DNA of 64,000 nucleotides, taken from assembly GCA_024137785.1 (NCBI GenBank), contig JAHRHZ010000145.1, positions 22,163,957-22,227,956 on the forward strand, read 5' to 3'. Within the stretch, counting starts at the first letter, position 1; each line of letters starts with the position of its first letter. The DNA comes from Ginglymostoma cirratum (lineage: Eukaryota). Under the pieces are notes generated by a model, which ran no database searches, was not told where the DNA came from, and worked only from the letters and a program-made list of their open reading frames with translations. Positions 27,403-39,329 of the stretch are shown one piece after another. The translations under genes were made by a program, and so were the position numbers.

Positions 27403-30400
27403 AACGAACCAGCTTGGTGAGTGAACCAACCACAGCATCCACAACGCGAGCTACAAATCTACTCAAGAACGTTGGTTAGAGTCATACCTGGCACAAAGAA
27501 GGATGGCTGTGTCGTAGGTGGTCAGTCATCTCAGTTCCAGGATATTGCTGCAGGTGTGCCTCAAGTTAGTGCCCAACCATCTTCACCTGCTTCATCAATG
27601 ACCTTCCCTTCATTGTAAGGTCAGAGGTCAGAATGTTTGATGTTCAGTGATGAGCACCATTCAGAACTCCTCAGATCCTGACACAATCCACGTCCAAATA
27701 CACCAGCACCTGGACAATATTCAGATTTGTGTTGACAAGCTGCAAGTGACATTTCAAGCAATAACCAAGTCCAAAAAGAGAAAAACCAGCCATCACCCTT
27801 TGACATTCAAAGGCATTACCATTTTCTAATCCCCCACACTTAGAGTCGCCATGGACCAGAAATGGAACTAGACTAACCATGTAAATACAGTGATTGCAGG
27901 AGCAGACTAGAGACTCGGAATCCTGTTATAAGTTGACTCTCCAAAGCCTGACTACCATCTGCAAGGCACAAGTCAGGTGTGTACTGGAGTGCTTCCCATG
28001 AGTGTAGCTCCAAAAACACATAAGAAACTTGAAACCATGATAGACAAAGCAGCCTGTTTGATTGGCACGACATCCACAAACATTCACTCCCTCTACCACT
28101 GAACTCAAGGGCAACAAAGTGCCCCATTTATGAGGTGCACTGCAGAAATTCACCAAGGCTCCCTCAAAAGCACCAGCCAAACCTGTAATTATACAGCACC
28201 ATGTGTAAGTTTCCCTTCAAGCCACTTACTATCCTAAATTCGAAATATATCATCATTCCTTCAGTGTCATTGGGTCAAAATCAAGGAACTCACTTACTAA
28301 TGGCAATGTGGATGCACTTACACCAGCTGTGTTGCAGTAGTTTAAGAAGGTAGCTCTCCACCATATCCTCGAGGGATGGGCAATAAATACTGACCTAACC
28401 AATGATGGCCACATCGCATGTGTGAATGAAAAAAATCCTGCAACGTTTACAATGGAAATCAGCAACACTTGAGTTACTGATTTAAAAATATCCAAAAACA
28501 AAATATTACATACGGTGGAAATCTGAAGTCAAAACAGAAAATTTTAAAAAATACTAAATGAAAAGTCACGATCTGAAACACGAACTCTTGATTCTCTCCA
28601 TACAACTGCACATTTCTATTTGGATCTTAATCAACCTTAGTTGCACTACTTATTCAGGCTTACTTCTGAAATGTCAGTTTTTTTCTGTTTTTATTAGGAT
28701 AGCATATACACAAGCATTCTGGGATCAATGCACATAATACACTTAATTGACAACACACACAAACTCATCAACAAAAGAAATCTGAGCTGCAAATGTGCTT
28801 GTATGTATGGTTACCAACTCAGATTGAGATATTACTGATGGCTTCACTGATAGGTTTTGTACCCAACCACATTAACCATGTCTCCATTACTCAACCTCAC
28901 CTCCACCCTGACAGGTCACTGCCTCACCATGCCAACTGGAAGGCATGCCTGATTGGATAGTTCTTCACTCCCTGTCAAGTATTTAATATCTGTCTGTGAC
29001 GGTTTTTATAACTGATAAATATGTTCTTAGAAAATGAATGCAAAAATTTGATAAAAAGTCTCTCTGCTTGCAGTGCCCTGAAAATTATTTTTTAATTCCC
29101 CAAGAGATTGCTGAGGTGGGGGGTGCTGGCAACCTGAATCATGGGAATGAGGAAATCAGACAGCTGCCTGAAAGAACAAACCATTTGAAAGAAACACCAC
29201 ACAAGTGGATTATGAAAAGGAATATCCAACACTGTCTCTCAGGTTCTGTGCATGCTAAGGAATTCGCTGTGTAAATCAATGACAAGAGCAGAGACATTGC
29301 TGGATGACTGACTATTGACAGTACCCAAATATTACACTGCCACATATTCCAGCTGTATCTGCAGAGATGGACTCATTATTCGCAGCATGAGGTGGTGTTT
29401 GTCCAGCGAAGACCCCATAAGGTGCGAGACTCATGCCTGAGCTTGCACATGTAGATTGCAGGATTATGCTGGCTCTACAGTTACTGTAGGGGGAAAGTAC
29501 TCAGAGCAGAGTTTAGCTGTTTCAGGTATTATTATAATTTCTCTTATTACCGTGACTTTTGATTATTCTGAGTCTGCTGTTTAGTCACTCTGCACTCTTT
29601 CAATGCTGCAAACAAAAGAGCCACTCATAATAATGATAGTTAAAATATGTGATGCCATCCCCCTGAAATGAACTAATTCATTGTATCAAAATGGGATGGT
29701 TTGTAGTTACGAGTTAAAGATGGGAACATAGAGCTTTGCATCATCACAAAATTACTGTTTCGATGCCATGATTCAATTAATCTAAATGTAACCTCTGATC
29801 TTAACATAATTTCATTCCAAGTGTTAAGCACCCAGTGTGTGAAAAACTTGATAGCAGTAACCCAAAATAGAACTCTACACGTAATGTCTATGTGCAATAT
29901 ACTAATTTACACATCTTTTAAGCTCTGAAATGGTTAATTCAGTTCAGTTGATTTTATGTCCCCTCATTGCCTGATACTAGGTCTTCTTTGAACTATTCCA
30001 AAGTTTGTGTATAAATTACCAGAACTGTACATGATGGTGGGCAGGCAGCCCATTTTTCACTTGTAATTTCCCTTCCTAACCATATGATCACATCAGCTCT
30101 AAACTGTAAGAGAACACCACTTCTAAATGAAAAGTGTAGAAAATCAAAGTTTAAAAGAACAAAGTACAGAAAGAGAAAGTGAACGAAAATTTGATGAAAA
30201 AGCCAGAATTTCAAAGCGATTAAGAGAAAAAGATCAACAACTTAGACAGCCAGAAGAAAATCAGTGTTGATACCAGTGACAGCTCAAAGCACCTCGGACT
30301 GCAATGCCGAGCAATACAGATCGAGAGGATCCAGGTTCAATCTTAAATTATCTTAGCCTTTACAATCAGTTTGATCCCAACTGTCAAGTGTCAGGAGGTG

Positions 30401-33400
30401 AAGAGAAAGTAAATTCCGCATCATTACTATCCCTATCCAGTGATCTCAGCTTATGCAGAATTATACAGGACCAAAATAGATCACTCACTGCAACCTTTCT
30501 AATATCAGTGTGAACGAAATATCATGTTCAGCTACTTTACCAAACATACAGACCCCTCTCTTTTGGAGCTGTGGCTACAATCAGCTTCCATCTCCTCTCT
30601 TGGCCTCTACATAAAATTGTTAAATCACGAGTAAAGCCCTTCACTCAGACAGCCTGCTCACTCTCAAAGGTCTAGGCTCAGATATGATGTTGGGATCACT
30701 TGGGTGATGTTCCAGAAAGCAGTTGCGGAACTACAGCTCCAAGAAGTCAATTATTCAGAAGAAAATGTAGGGATTAAGGATAAATAAATGACAATCCAGT
30801 GATATGTAGTTCTTTAACATAAACATTTTTACAAAGGAAAATTGTTAATGTAGGTCAGTATTTGATATGGAAAGTTCTGAAGCAGAACCTCAAGTCACTA
30901 TTAAAGACCACATATCTGAATTGAATGGAAAGTCTTTAGCTGGTCCTTAATGAGTGTGAATTGTGTTCTGAGTATGGGAATATGACAGGGAGTTTATTTA
31001 TCAAATTTATTTTACTAAGGCAGTGACTTTTAACCTCATTCAATCTAATTGGTTTCTGGGCGCTTCTGTGTTTGCTTTTGTTTGAAAGTCAACTTTTCAT
31101 AAGAAAGATAGTTTTGGTTACATTGCCAATGTTCCTGGTCGCTAGGTACAGCTATCAGGAAGCAGCTACTAAAGGTTAGGATGAAGCATGAACATGACAG
31201 AAGTATATCATCCAACATTAAGTGTATTTTCTTAAGCCTGAATTACCTTGCATATACCCTTACACTGCATCCAACCTTAGAACAATACAGATCATTGGAA
31301 TCGGGATTTTCCAAAGTGCAATGTGAGAAAACCACAGAACTTTAATCACAAGCAAGTTCATATTTTATTTTCAAGTTAAAACAAACAGTTGACTTTTCAG
31401 GTATGGGGCATATAAATTTTAAATATAAAACCTGGAGGAAATACATGTTTTATTTTGAAAACCTACACATCTGTCAAAGATGAAGCTTGCTCCAAACAAA
31501 CATAGGTCTGACTCAAGCACAAAACTCCAGAATACTGAATAATTTCTCACTCACTGCCATCATAATTAGGGCAAGTGATCTGTCACAGAACAACCCATGA
31601 ACTTCAACACAGCACATTTAAAGTGATTTGCCATCCAACTTCTGAGATTTCGCATGATCCCCATCAAGGACTGACAATGTCAGTTTCAGCACGAACATAT
31701 CACTTATCCTAATCATGTAGCTTCTCTGTTTCAGGCATGGTCTCCAAAAGTAGGATTTTGATCCAAAGTAAAATGATTCCCAGTCTATGTTAATATTGAC
31801 CATCTTCAGTACATAAGATTTATGCATTTTACCCAATCAACAAAATCAACTCACAAACAGAAACAAATTTATGGTCGAAACCCAAATAGGCAGAAGTACA
31901 TTCTGGAGTGAATGGATTCCTTTTTAAGACTGTCAACACACAATCACACATGCAGCAGTCACACTTCAATTTACACTTGACTCAAGCAGCAACACAAAAC
32001 TTAATGAACCAAATATAAAAAGTTGAATAAAGCTGCTGTTTCTGTTCTTAGTTTAACTATAGTTAACAAAAATTTTCTTTCCACATCTAAAGAAAAATGC
32101 TCAAATCTGATTTTCCTCTATTTCAATCTTATAGCTTTTATTTTTGTGTTCATAACAAGGTTCTATTCCAATTCTGCATCTCACCAATATATCTTGCCAA
32201 ATGGGAAAACAGGCAGACCGTCTATTTTAAGACTTCAGTCAAGCCCAAACTTGAACTGGTCTTTTACAACTAGTTCCCTAGCTTAAGAAGACTTCATCCC
32301 CATCCCGTGGCACATTAGATGGCATGTCCAAGGTCAAAAACTGAAAATGACTCAGTCAAGTAAATCAAATAGATGAATAGTCCCTTAAAATGAAATCCTT
32401 AATTTATCTCTTAAAATTAAATAAACTTATAACCTCAAGATCTAAAAGCTGTTTGTACAAAATGTGAGCCACTTTTCTCCTATACACACAAAAACCTAAC
32501 GTAAAACATCATACAAAATGCAAGATGCTTTCACCAGACCAGGAACTACAGTGGGGTGGGATCATCAATCAGCCTTGTCCTCTGTTCTCCAGTACAGTAA
32601 TGCATAGTCCATTATTACTATTTGATGATATCCACTGTTGCTATAAAGTTAATTTCATTTCTGATGTCTCCACTGCATGGCTCTGCAGCACCCTCCCATC
32701 TCTTCACAGCACAGTTCACATATGTTGCCCATATCAGCTGCATGTTCCACAGTAAGGTTGCTATCTGTCTGTTGGCTAGTCTGACCTGGATGAGGATTTG
32801 TAACTAGACACTCAGCTGCAAGTATTCAAAAACGAGACTGCCTATTTAGTGTCATTTTGTTCTTTGCTTTGAAGTTTTCAAATTTAAGATCTACTCAATT
32901 AGTTTGAAGTAGGCAGTAAACTAACTAATTAGCAGTAGAATATTTTGGTAGATGCAATTTCCAGTGCATGTCAACTGTCTACCTTTGCATCTGAATTCAA
33001 TTGCAACATAAGTAACTCAATGCATGAAGTTACACTTTACAGTTATTTGAAAAAAAAACAACCTTTTCTGTCCTTATTCTTCTGAAGTTGTTTACTCCAA
33101 AATCAGAGATCATTCTGTGGTACGTTGCTGAAGTAGCCATTATTTTTTAGCCCTTGGATTACGAGCAGGCAACTTGAGTATAGATGAGAGAAGTAAAGAA
33201 TCATAGCCAAGCCTAGTGCTAGTATCCATGTTCACATCCACATGCATGCAAGTGTACATGCTTGCACACACATGGTTCCAACAGAACTGATAGGTAACAA
33301 CCATGTGTGGCAGCCGTGGTAAAAACTTTCCTTTCCATAGTCCAAAGACACGTCTTACAAATGTAGCAGTTACCACCACTTAACCAAGCACGGGTAGAGA

Positions 33401-33604
33401 TCAAAACTGGGACCTCCTTAGTTGATGTCATGCACTGGAAAAACCCATTGAGCCACCTGTGAAAGAACAAATTTTACATTTTTACCTAAACAACTCTATG
33501 AAGTCCTGATCTTGGGTTAATATTCTTGCATCAACAATTCCAATGTTCAGTCCTACCAAACCACTTCCACAGTCCTGTTCCCTTCTCTCCGAAACTCTGG
33601 CTAT

Positions 33605-34181
33605 TTAACCATTCTCATCCTTTTCTTCACTATTTCCACATGCGTTCTCTAGATAGTCTGCCATTAAATTCACAGTCCTGGAAGTGAGGGCATTTGCCGA
33701 AGTACTTGGTTGTACATCTGAAGTAACTGTATGCATGTCTCTTTCATGCCTGGTAGGATCTGTTGGCATTACAAGTGTTGCAGAAGGTGGATTCCTTTTC
33801 AGTTTGATCACTCGATTCACTATTACCTTCTTTTCCGGCAACTTGACTGTTGCAGTGCAACAGGACCCTGTGGCACTTCCAGCGTTCTGGGATCTAACAG
33901 CTGGGGACATTTGGACACTAGATCCCGAAGTAGAGCCTGTGGCCCTGGGAGATAGTGTCCTGTGGTTTACAAGCTCCCCAGTGCTTAGTCTCTTTACCGC
34001 TGTGGTTTTGAGATGAACCAAAGTGTTTGGCAATGTTTTCGTAGCATCAGCTGGTACTGACAGCTTGACCAAACCAGAATTCTTCACTTTAATGCGAGTG
34101 CTTGTGGATGGGCCAGAGAACTCTACAGGTTTCAGGTTCTTTTTAGGGGTTTCAGCTTCTGCTTCACTGAGATCAACGAGT
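33605..34181 (-). CDS. KCTD18: KCTD18 terminal coding exon (low-complexity C-terminal tail)
   Basis: Acceptor gtttatcttccag; same frame as ORF 33605..34198: LVDLSEAEAETPKKNLKPVEFSGPSTSTRIKVKNS...RVIKLKRNP...EKDENG then TAA. 577 nt; the six exons total 1338 nt (445 aa). Confidence 0.9.
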
Positions 34182-35205
34182 CTGGAAGATAAACACAACT
34201 CCGACTAAGGTAAAGATTTAACAAAGCAGAAAAACTCGCAGCAACTCTGAACCACTGGTAACAGATTGAATCCATAAAGTTGAAGTTAATCCTTTGAGTA
34301 CTGATATTCTCTTAGTTACTTTTTAATTAAACATTTTGGCATCTAATTGCTACAAGCTTAGGGTTTGTAACAATAAACTTTACAAAAAGAAAATATTCCG
34401 CAAGAAGTAATTCATGAAATGGGAACAAAAAAGCGTATCACCAACATAAGTATGATTTCTGTGTTATTTGAAAAGAGTGTCCACCTCCTGAAATGAGTTT
34501 GCTTTATGGAATCAATGATGAATTTAATCCTTTTCTTAACAAGTTAACAACAGACAACATACATCACTGGCCTTAGGTTGGAACAAATTTCTTGTCATCA
34601 GGAGTGCAAAACTCCCAGCTGTGTCCATGTATTCCTATGTGGCTAGCATCTAATTTATTCCTAAAGGTCAAAAACTCCTCCCACAAAAGACAGGAAGAAA
34701 CTACAGGCAGGGTCACTGGGGAATGCAGTGATAAACATTGAAAGCTGGTCATAATCCTGGCTAGAGAACAATTAGTTATGGGAAATTAAACTTTTTAAGT
34801 AAAATATATCTTGTGGACTCCATGTATTTACAGAGCAAAATATGCAGAAAACAGAAAATTATCATTCAGTATTTTTTTCCCCAATGGGAACCTCTCATGG
34901 ATTTTTCTGATAGTTAAACAAAGAAGCACAGATCAATTAAGGAGGAGACAGACTTTCTGCATGAATGCTTTTTAAACTTTCCTGCTCAGGGGAATCACCT
35001 TGAACATACCAGTCACTCCCAAGACCCTTTAGCACTAATTTCTGAAAGAGAGCATCAACTTCCTAGTTTCACCTTGGCAGAAAAACAGTTAATTAGTTGG
35101 AACCTCCAATTGACTCCCCACAGCCCGGATATCCCAGTTTGAAAACCTCTAAGCAATACAGGAATTTTTAAAGAATCACCACACATGATGAAACGAAGCA
35201 CCTAC

Positions 35206-35308
35206 CGCTTCTGAATAGGTGTCACCATTTCTTGTGTGCCTTGTAGAGGTCGGCCTTCAAGAGTCCAACATTCAATCAACTCCTGAGGCACTCGCCAATA
35301 ACTGACAC
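35206..35308 (-). CDS. KCTD18: KCTD18 coding exon 5
   Basis: Translated by hand: (G)VSYWRVPQELIECWTLEGRPLQGTQEMVTPIQK(R). Acceptor tttacctacag, donor CG|GTAGGT; 103 nt, phase 1 in and 2 out. Confidence 0.93.
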
Positions 35309-37022
35309 CTGTAGGTAAAGTAAGACACTACATCTGCTTACTAAAGAAGATATAGAAACAAGATAAAGATCTATCACCAAGATCCAGTTAAATATAACCA
35401 AATGCAAGGAACATGATACAAACTTCTTTCTATGTTTTGTAGAGGATTCAAAATTGAGTTAAACAGAAATGCCCAAATTATATCACTCTGAGATTAATTT
35501 CAGTGACACGACTGCAAACTGTTCCTTTGAAGTGTCATTGATTTTAATTTCCCTATCTTTGGAAGTATGATAAGTAATCAAGATAGGTGATTGTTGGATA
35601 TGAACCTTTCATTCCATATGGTTATTTCTCTCACATCGATTCACATTTGAAAGTTTAGCATAAACAGTTAAATCTAGTTCAAGAAAATAAAACCGTTGTT
35701 TGAATTTTGAAATATAAAGCCATCTAAAGAAGATTATTTATTTTGAAGTATATTGTAGTCCGAGAGGAGTACAATACCACAGCCGCACTCTGATGACAGT
35801 GTGTCATCAATGCTTGTATTTGGCAAATGATCAATAAAGCATCCTATCTCTCTCATTTGAAACAGAACAGTTCTTCCTGTCAGCCGAAATACACTATGTC
35901 TCAACTCAGGGCTGTCACAACGTATCACAGCGAGAAAATCAAATACTTTGTGTCACAACAGGAATCAATCATTCTTTGCTAACAACTCAGCTCTTTTCTG
36001 AAAACAGTCAACTTTAAGACGACCATATTCTGATGTGCTTATAACTGAAATGAGTATTTTGTGCAGTTATTTCTATTTGAGGTTTTAAAAAAATACACAT
36101 TTCCGAAGCAGAAAATTGCTCAAATCGACTCTCAGCTCAAACACCCGCAGCTCCATCAGCTCAGAGTTTTAAAAACAGGAAGAACTGTGAGATGTGAGGC
36201 TACAGTGAGTAAAAGTAATTTCAGACAGAAATGACCGAATGCTGAAGAATGAAAGCTGATGGAACATGCAGTAAAATACAACAGATAGAAAGTGAGAGAG
36301 ACTTTATGGATTTTTACTTGATTTACCGGGTTTGTGCGGGTAGAAGAGAAGGTAGTTGGTTTAACTCTCCTTTAGCAATTCAGATATGTTTGCGAAGTCT
36401 TTAGGAAGGAAAAGCTGAAAAAGCTGAATGGACTGTACTTAGTCTGTCTTTCCAAATGGCCTGAAGCAATAATGAAATATTCTGCTCGCTTTCTTGGTAG
36501 TTTATTTGAAACCGTTGTATTCAATTGCTCAACAGATTAGACTGGAATTGGACTTTCAATAGAAGATGTGGCCTTAACTTTTGAAATAATTCTGATGTAC
36601 ATTCTGTGAAGGGGCATGAAGTTTAAAATAAAGAGCAGAAAGCTGATCAAAACCAGTAGTTTCATATGCATCAGTACATTGGCATGTTTATGAAACTGTT
36701 ACACTAAATCAATAAGCTCTTGCTGTCAAAAAGTGGGATGTATCTGGTCGTTGCTGACTGAGATCTCCCTTCATTTGGGGCTTCTCAGTGAAATAGTCTT
36801 ATTACCCAAGTCCAGTGACAGTAATATATTATCATAAGTATCCAACATAAGAAGAGACTTTAAAAGAGACACATCTTCTTTTGATGTACTACTGAAGACA
36901 TTACCGATTACAGAAAACGTGGCCGAACATTGGAAATGAGCTGTAAAGATGAGATGTGCTTTGAGTTGTACAGTTTATCTGAAAGTCTTAAATGCTTTTA
37001 TGTTGACATGAACAGTAAGTAC

Positions 37023-37117
37023 CTCTTCCCTCCCAGGAGTCAAAGGCATCCATCATTTTCTTCAGCTCACCAGCTGAGTAATAGCTCCATATGTATTGTA
37101 GATTGTTTCCAGCTTCC
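37023..37117 (-). CDS. KCTD18: KCTD18 coding exon 4
   Basis: Translated by hand, not in the ORF track: (R)EAGNNLQYIWSYYSAGELKKMMDAFDSWEGR(G). Acceptor cttatttttag, donor G|GTACTT; 95 nt, phase 2 in and 1 out. Confidence 0.93.
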
Positions 37118-37974
37118 CTAAAAATAAGACAACAGAGAAATATGAAACATGAATGCAGGGGTTTAATTAGACATTCAATGTGCGCCGTTACAGTAACAAC
37201 AGTTTTAATGTTATAACCATTTCTGCAGTTTACATATTATACTTTTTTTGGTGTATCCTTCCAGGCAAAAAGATTGGTGTAAAAGTTGTTAAGGTGGCGA
37301 GATAAATAGAAGTGCACAGCAGAGTTTAAGAAGAGCATTTGATGCACAGACTGCTCTCGCAGACCGAGGCCAGAATGAATAGGACTGCTTGATAAGTTTG
37401 GAGGAAGTACTATATGATGAGAGATGCAGGATAAAAAGAGAATGGAAAATTAGAAAATTTGCTCATGCAATTGTTTCTCTTTTCGTTTTGTGTAGAATCC
37501 ATGTAGACCCATCAAAATGGAAAACACTAAAAGGATTCAAACTGAAATAATGAAATGGAAACTCACAATCTGAAAAGAAGCCTTTTTTATTTGGAGTACT
37601 CTCTTCATTTTCTACCAAAAGGATGAATAAGACTTGTTGAAATTCTCAACTTTTTAAGCAATAACTTCTTTAGATTTTGATTGGTCAAATCAAACCCATC
37701 TGCCTCTTGAACAAGTGTGGCAGTGCTCTGTTGTAAGATTTGCGAACGAGGTATTCAGAAAAAAAAACACTCAACCCTTAACTCTCCTAATTTAATAACC
37801 ATTTTCTATTTATCCTCACTATCAGCAGATAAAAACAATGAGGTTTTGAAGTGATTACGATCATCAATTAAATGGATAAATTGGACTGGACAGCATTACA
37901 ATGAGGAAACATTGTGGAAAGTAGAGGGTATTTACACTGACAAAACAAAGGTGATCTTATGGAGTTTTAAAATA

Positions 37975-38335
37975 GCGGATGAACTGGGGAGCATGAGTGG
38001 GAAAGGAAGAGGGTGAGCCAGGACCCAGTGCCAGAAGCACAGAATGCCAGGCATGGGCAGACTAGGAGGACAGGGTGCGAGGTAGTGAGCAGGAAGATGG
38101 GCCAGAGGCAGGGGAGGCAGAAGGGGCAGAATGGGGTCGGAACAAAAAATGTGCAGGGTGAGGTCAAAGCAAGAGATCAGGGCAAGAGGTCAGAGCAAAA
38201 GGACAAGAGGGTGAGGGTTTGGACTGAGAAGGCAGTTCGTTACAACAAGAGGACAATAAGCTAGAGGTTATAGCAACTAGCATGTGGTTGGAACAAGAGG
38301 TAGGACAGAAAAAGAGAATGAGCGATAAACACTTA
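37975..38335. repeat. Purine-rich (G/A) low-complexity tract
   Basis: Strong plus-strand G+A skew with degenerate gcagagg/gggcag units. Confidence 0.5.
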
Positions 38336-39329
38336 TTCAAATAAAGTCATAACAGTGGATCTACCTGGACAAAGAGATAACACAAATGCGGTGGATGTTC
38401 ACCATTCTGACATTCCAGGAAGCCAATACAAGCATCCAGGTGGAAAATGAGGCAACCAATTCAACAATCCCATTTAATGATGAGAACCTACCGGCTCTGA
38501 GAATCATTGTTAAAGCTTTTTTCTGTAGCAGCAATAAGCTGAACTAAATAAATGCTACTTAAAATCGTGAACTGTCGGCTATATAGGAAATGTAACAATA
38601 CATTAATCTTAACATAAGAGCAGAACACGACAAATAGAGATCTGAAATAAAGACAGAAAATGCTGGAATAACTTCATGCATCAGGCAGCGTCTGTGGAGA
38701 GGGACACAAATTTTAAATTTGTCACTGGTGAAGCCTATTGGGTACCAAGTCACTGTGACATTTTGTAATTCTTTCTGAAGCCTTAATTATTAATTCTGCT
38801 TATTCTCCTGGGTAATTTGCATTCGACAATACTTAAATGTTACAAATTGCGTCAGTATTGATAAGGAAGCTTTAATTTTGATATTTTTATAGTGTGGGAA
38901 AAACCTCCTTAACTTTGTTTTCATCAACCTGCCTGCACAGACGCATTTGCGCAGAAGACTATTAGTAGATGGGACACTGCACGGTCCTTGAGGATACAAA
39001 GTTCTGCCTTTATATTGAGGATACCTAACATCTTGCTGCGTGGCAATACCACCATGCAAATGGGACAGATTTCAAGTGGAGTTGAGGATTATCAAATCAG
39101 CCATGATCTCATACAATGGAGGAGTAGACTTGATGGGCTGAATAGCCTACTTCTGTTCCTAAGTCTCAATCCAGCATTCAAAATGTGTATCCTTGAGCTC
39201 ATAAACAGCTGAACTGTATTCAACCATAATCTACAACTACGTGCCCCCCGCATATCCTTCTCCTTCCACCATTATCATCAAACTTGATCAACGATGAACC
39301 CTTGTTTAATGAAGAGTGCAGGTGGTCAT

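Larger units (their letters stand above)
26507..27472 (+). mobile_element. Penelope-like retroelement: RT C-terminus and GIY-YIG endonuclease remnant with inverted termini
   Basis: TLPYIKN, YKIPCKDCDKYYIGQAGRKLATRIHEH and, after a frameshift, HQFDWDNIRILG..REFLEAWFS. Inverted repeats at about 26505-26692 and 27250-27438. 13-bp direct repeat TGGTTAGAGTCAT at 26494-26506 and 27473-27485. Confidence 0.9.
25600..28437 (+). mobile_element. Decayed non-LTR retrotransposon (CR1/L2 group RT) interrupted by a Penelope-like element
   Basis: KEKAETFATIFSQKC, IISKVMEGIIDSAIKQHL..NLLSDAQFGF, IAAGVPQ, and tail gggatgggcaataaat...cacatc...gaatgaaaaaaa. Same family as 39330-42080. Confidence 0.8.

Noticed and set aside
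33684-34208. Plus-strand ORFs antisense to the last KCTD18 exon
   Set aside because: Shadow ORFs of a real coding exon.
35790-35810. CTGATGA with a small palindrome (tgatgac-agtgt-gtcatca), considered as a hammerhead or C/D snoRNA
   Set aside because: No properly placed GAAA after a stem and no convincing D box or terminal stem.
36655-36700. Imperfect hairpin of about 45 nt (agtttcata...tatgaaact) in a KCTD18 intron
   Set aside because: Short and AT-rich; plausible by chance, with no support as a pre-miRNA.
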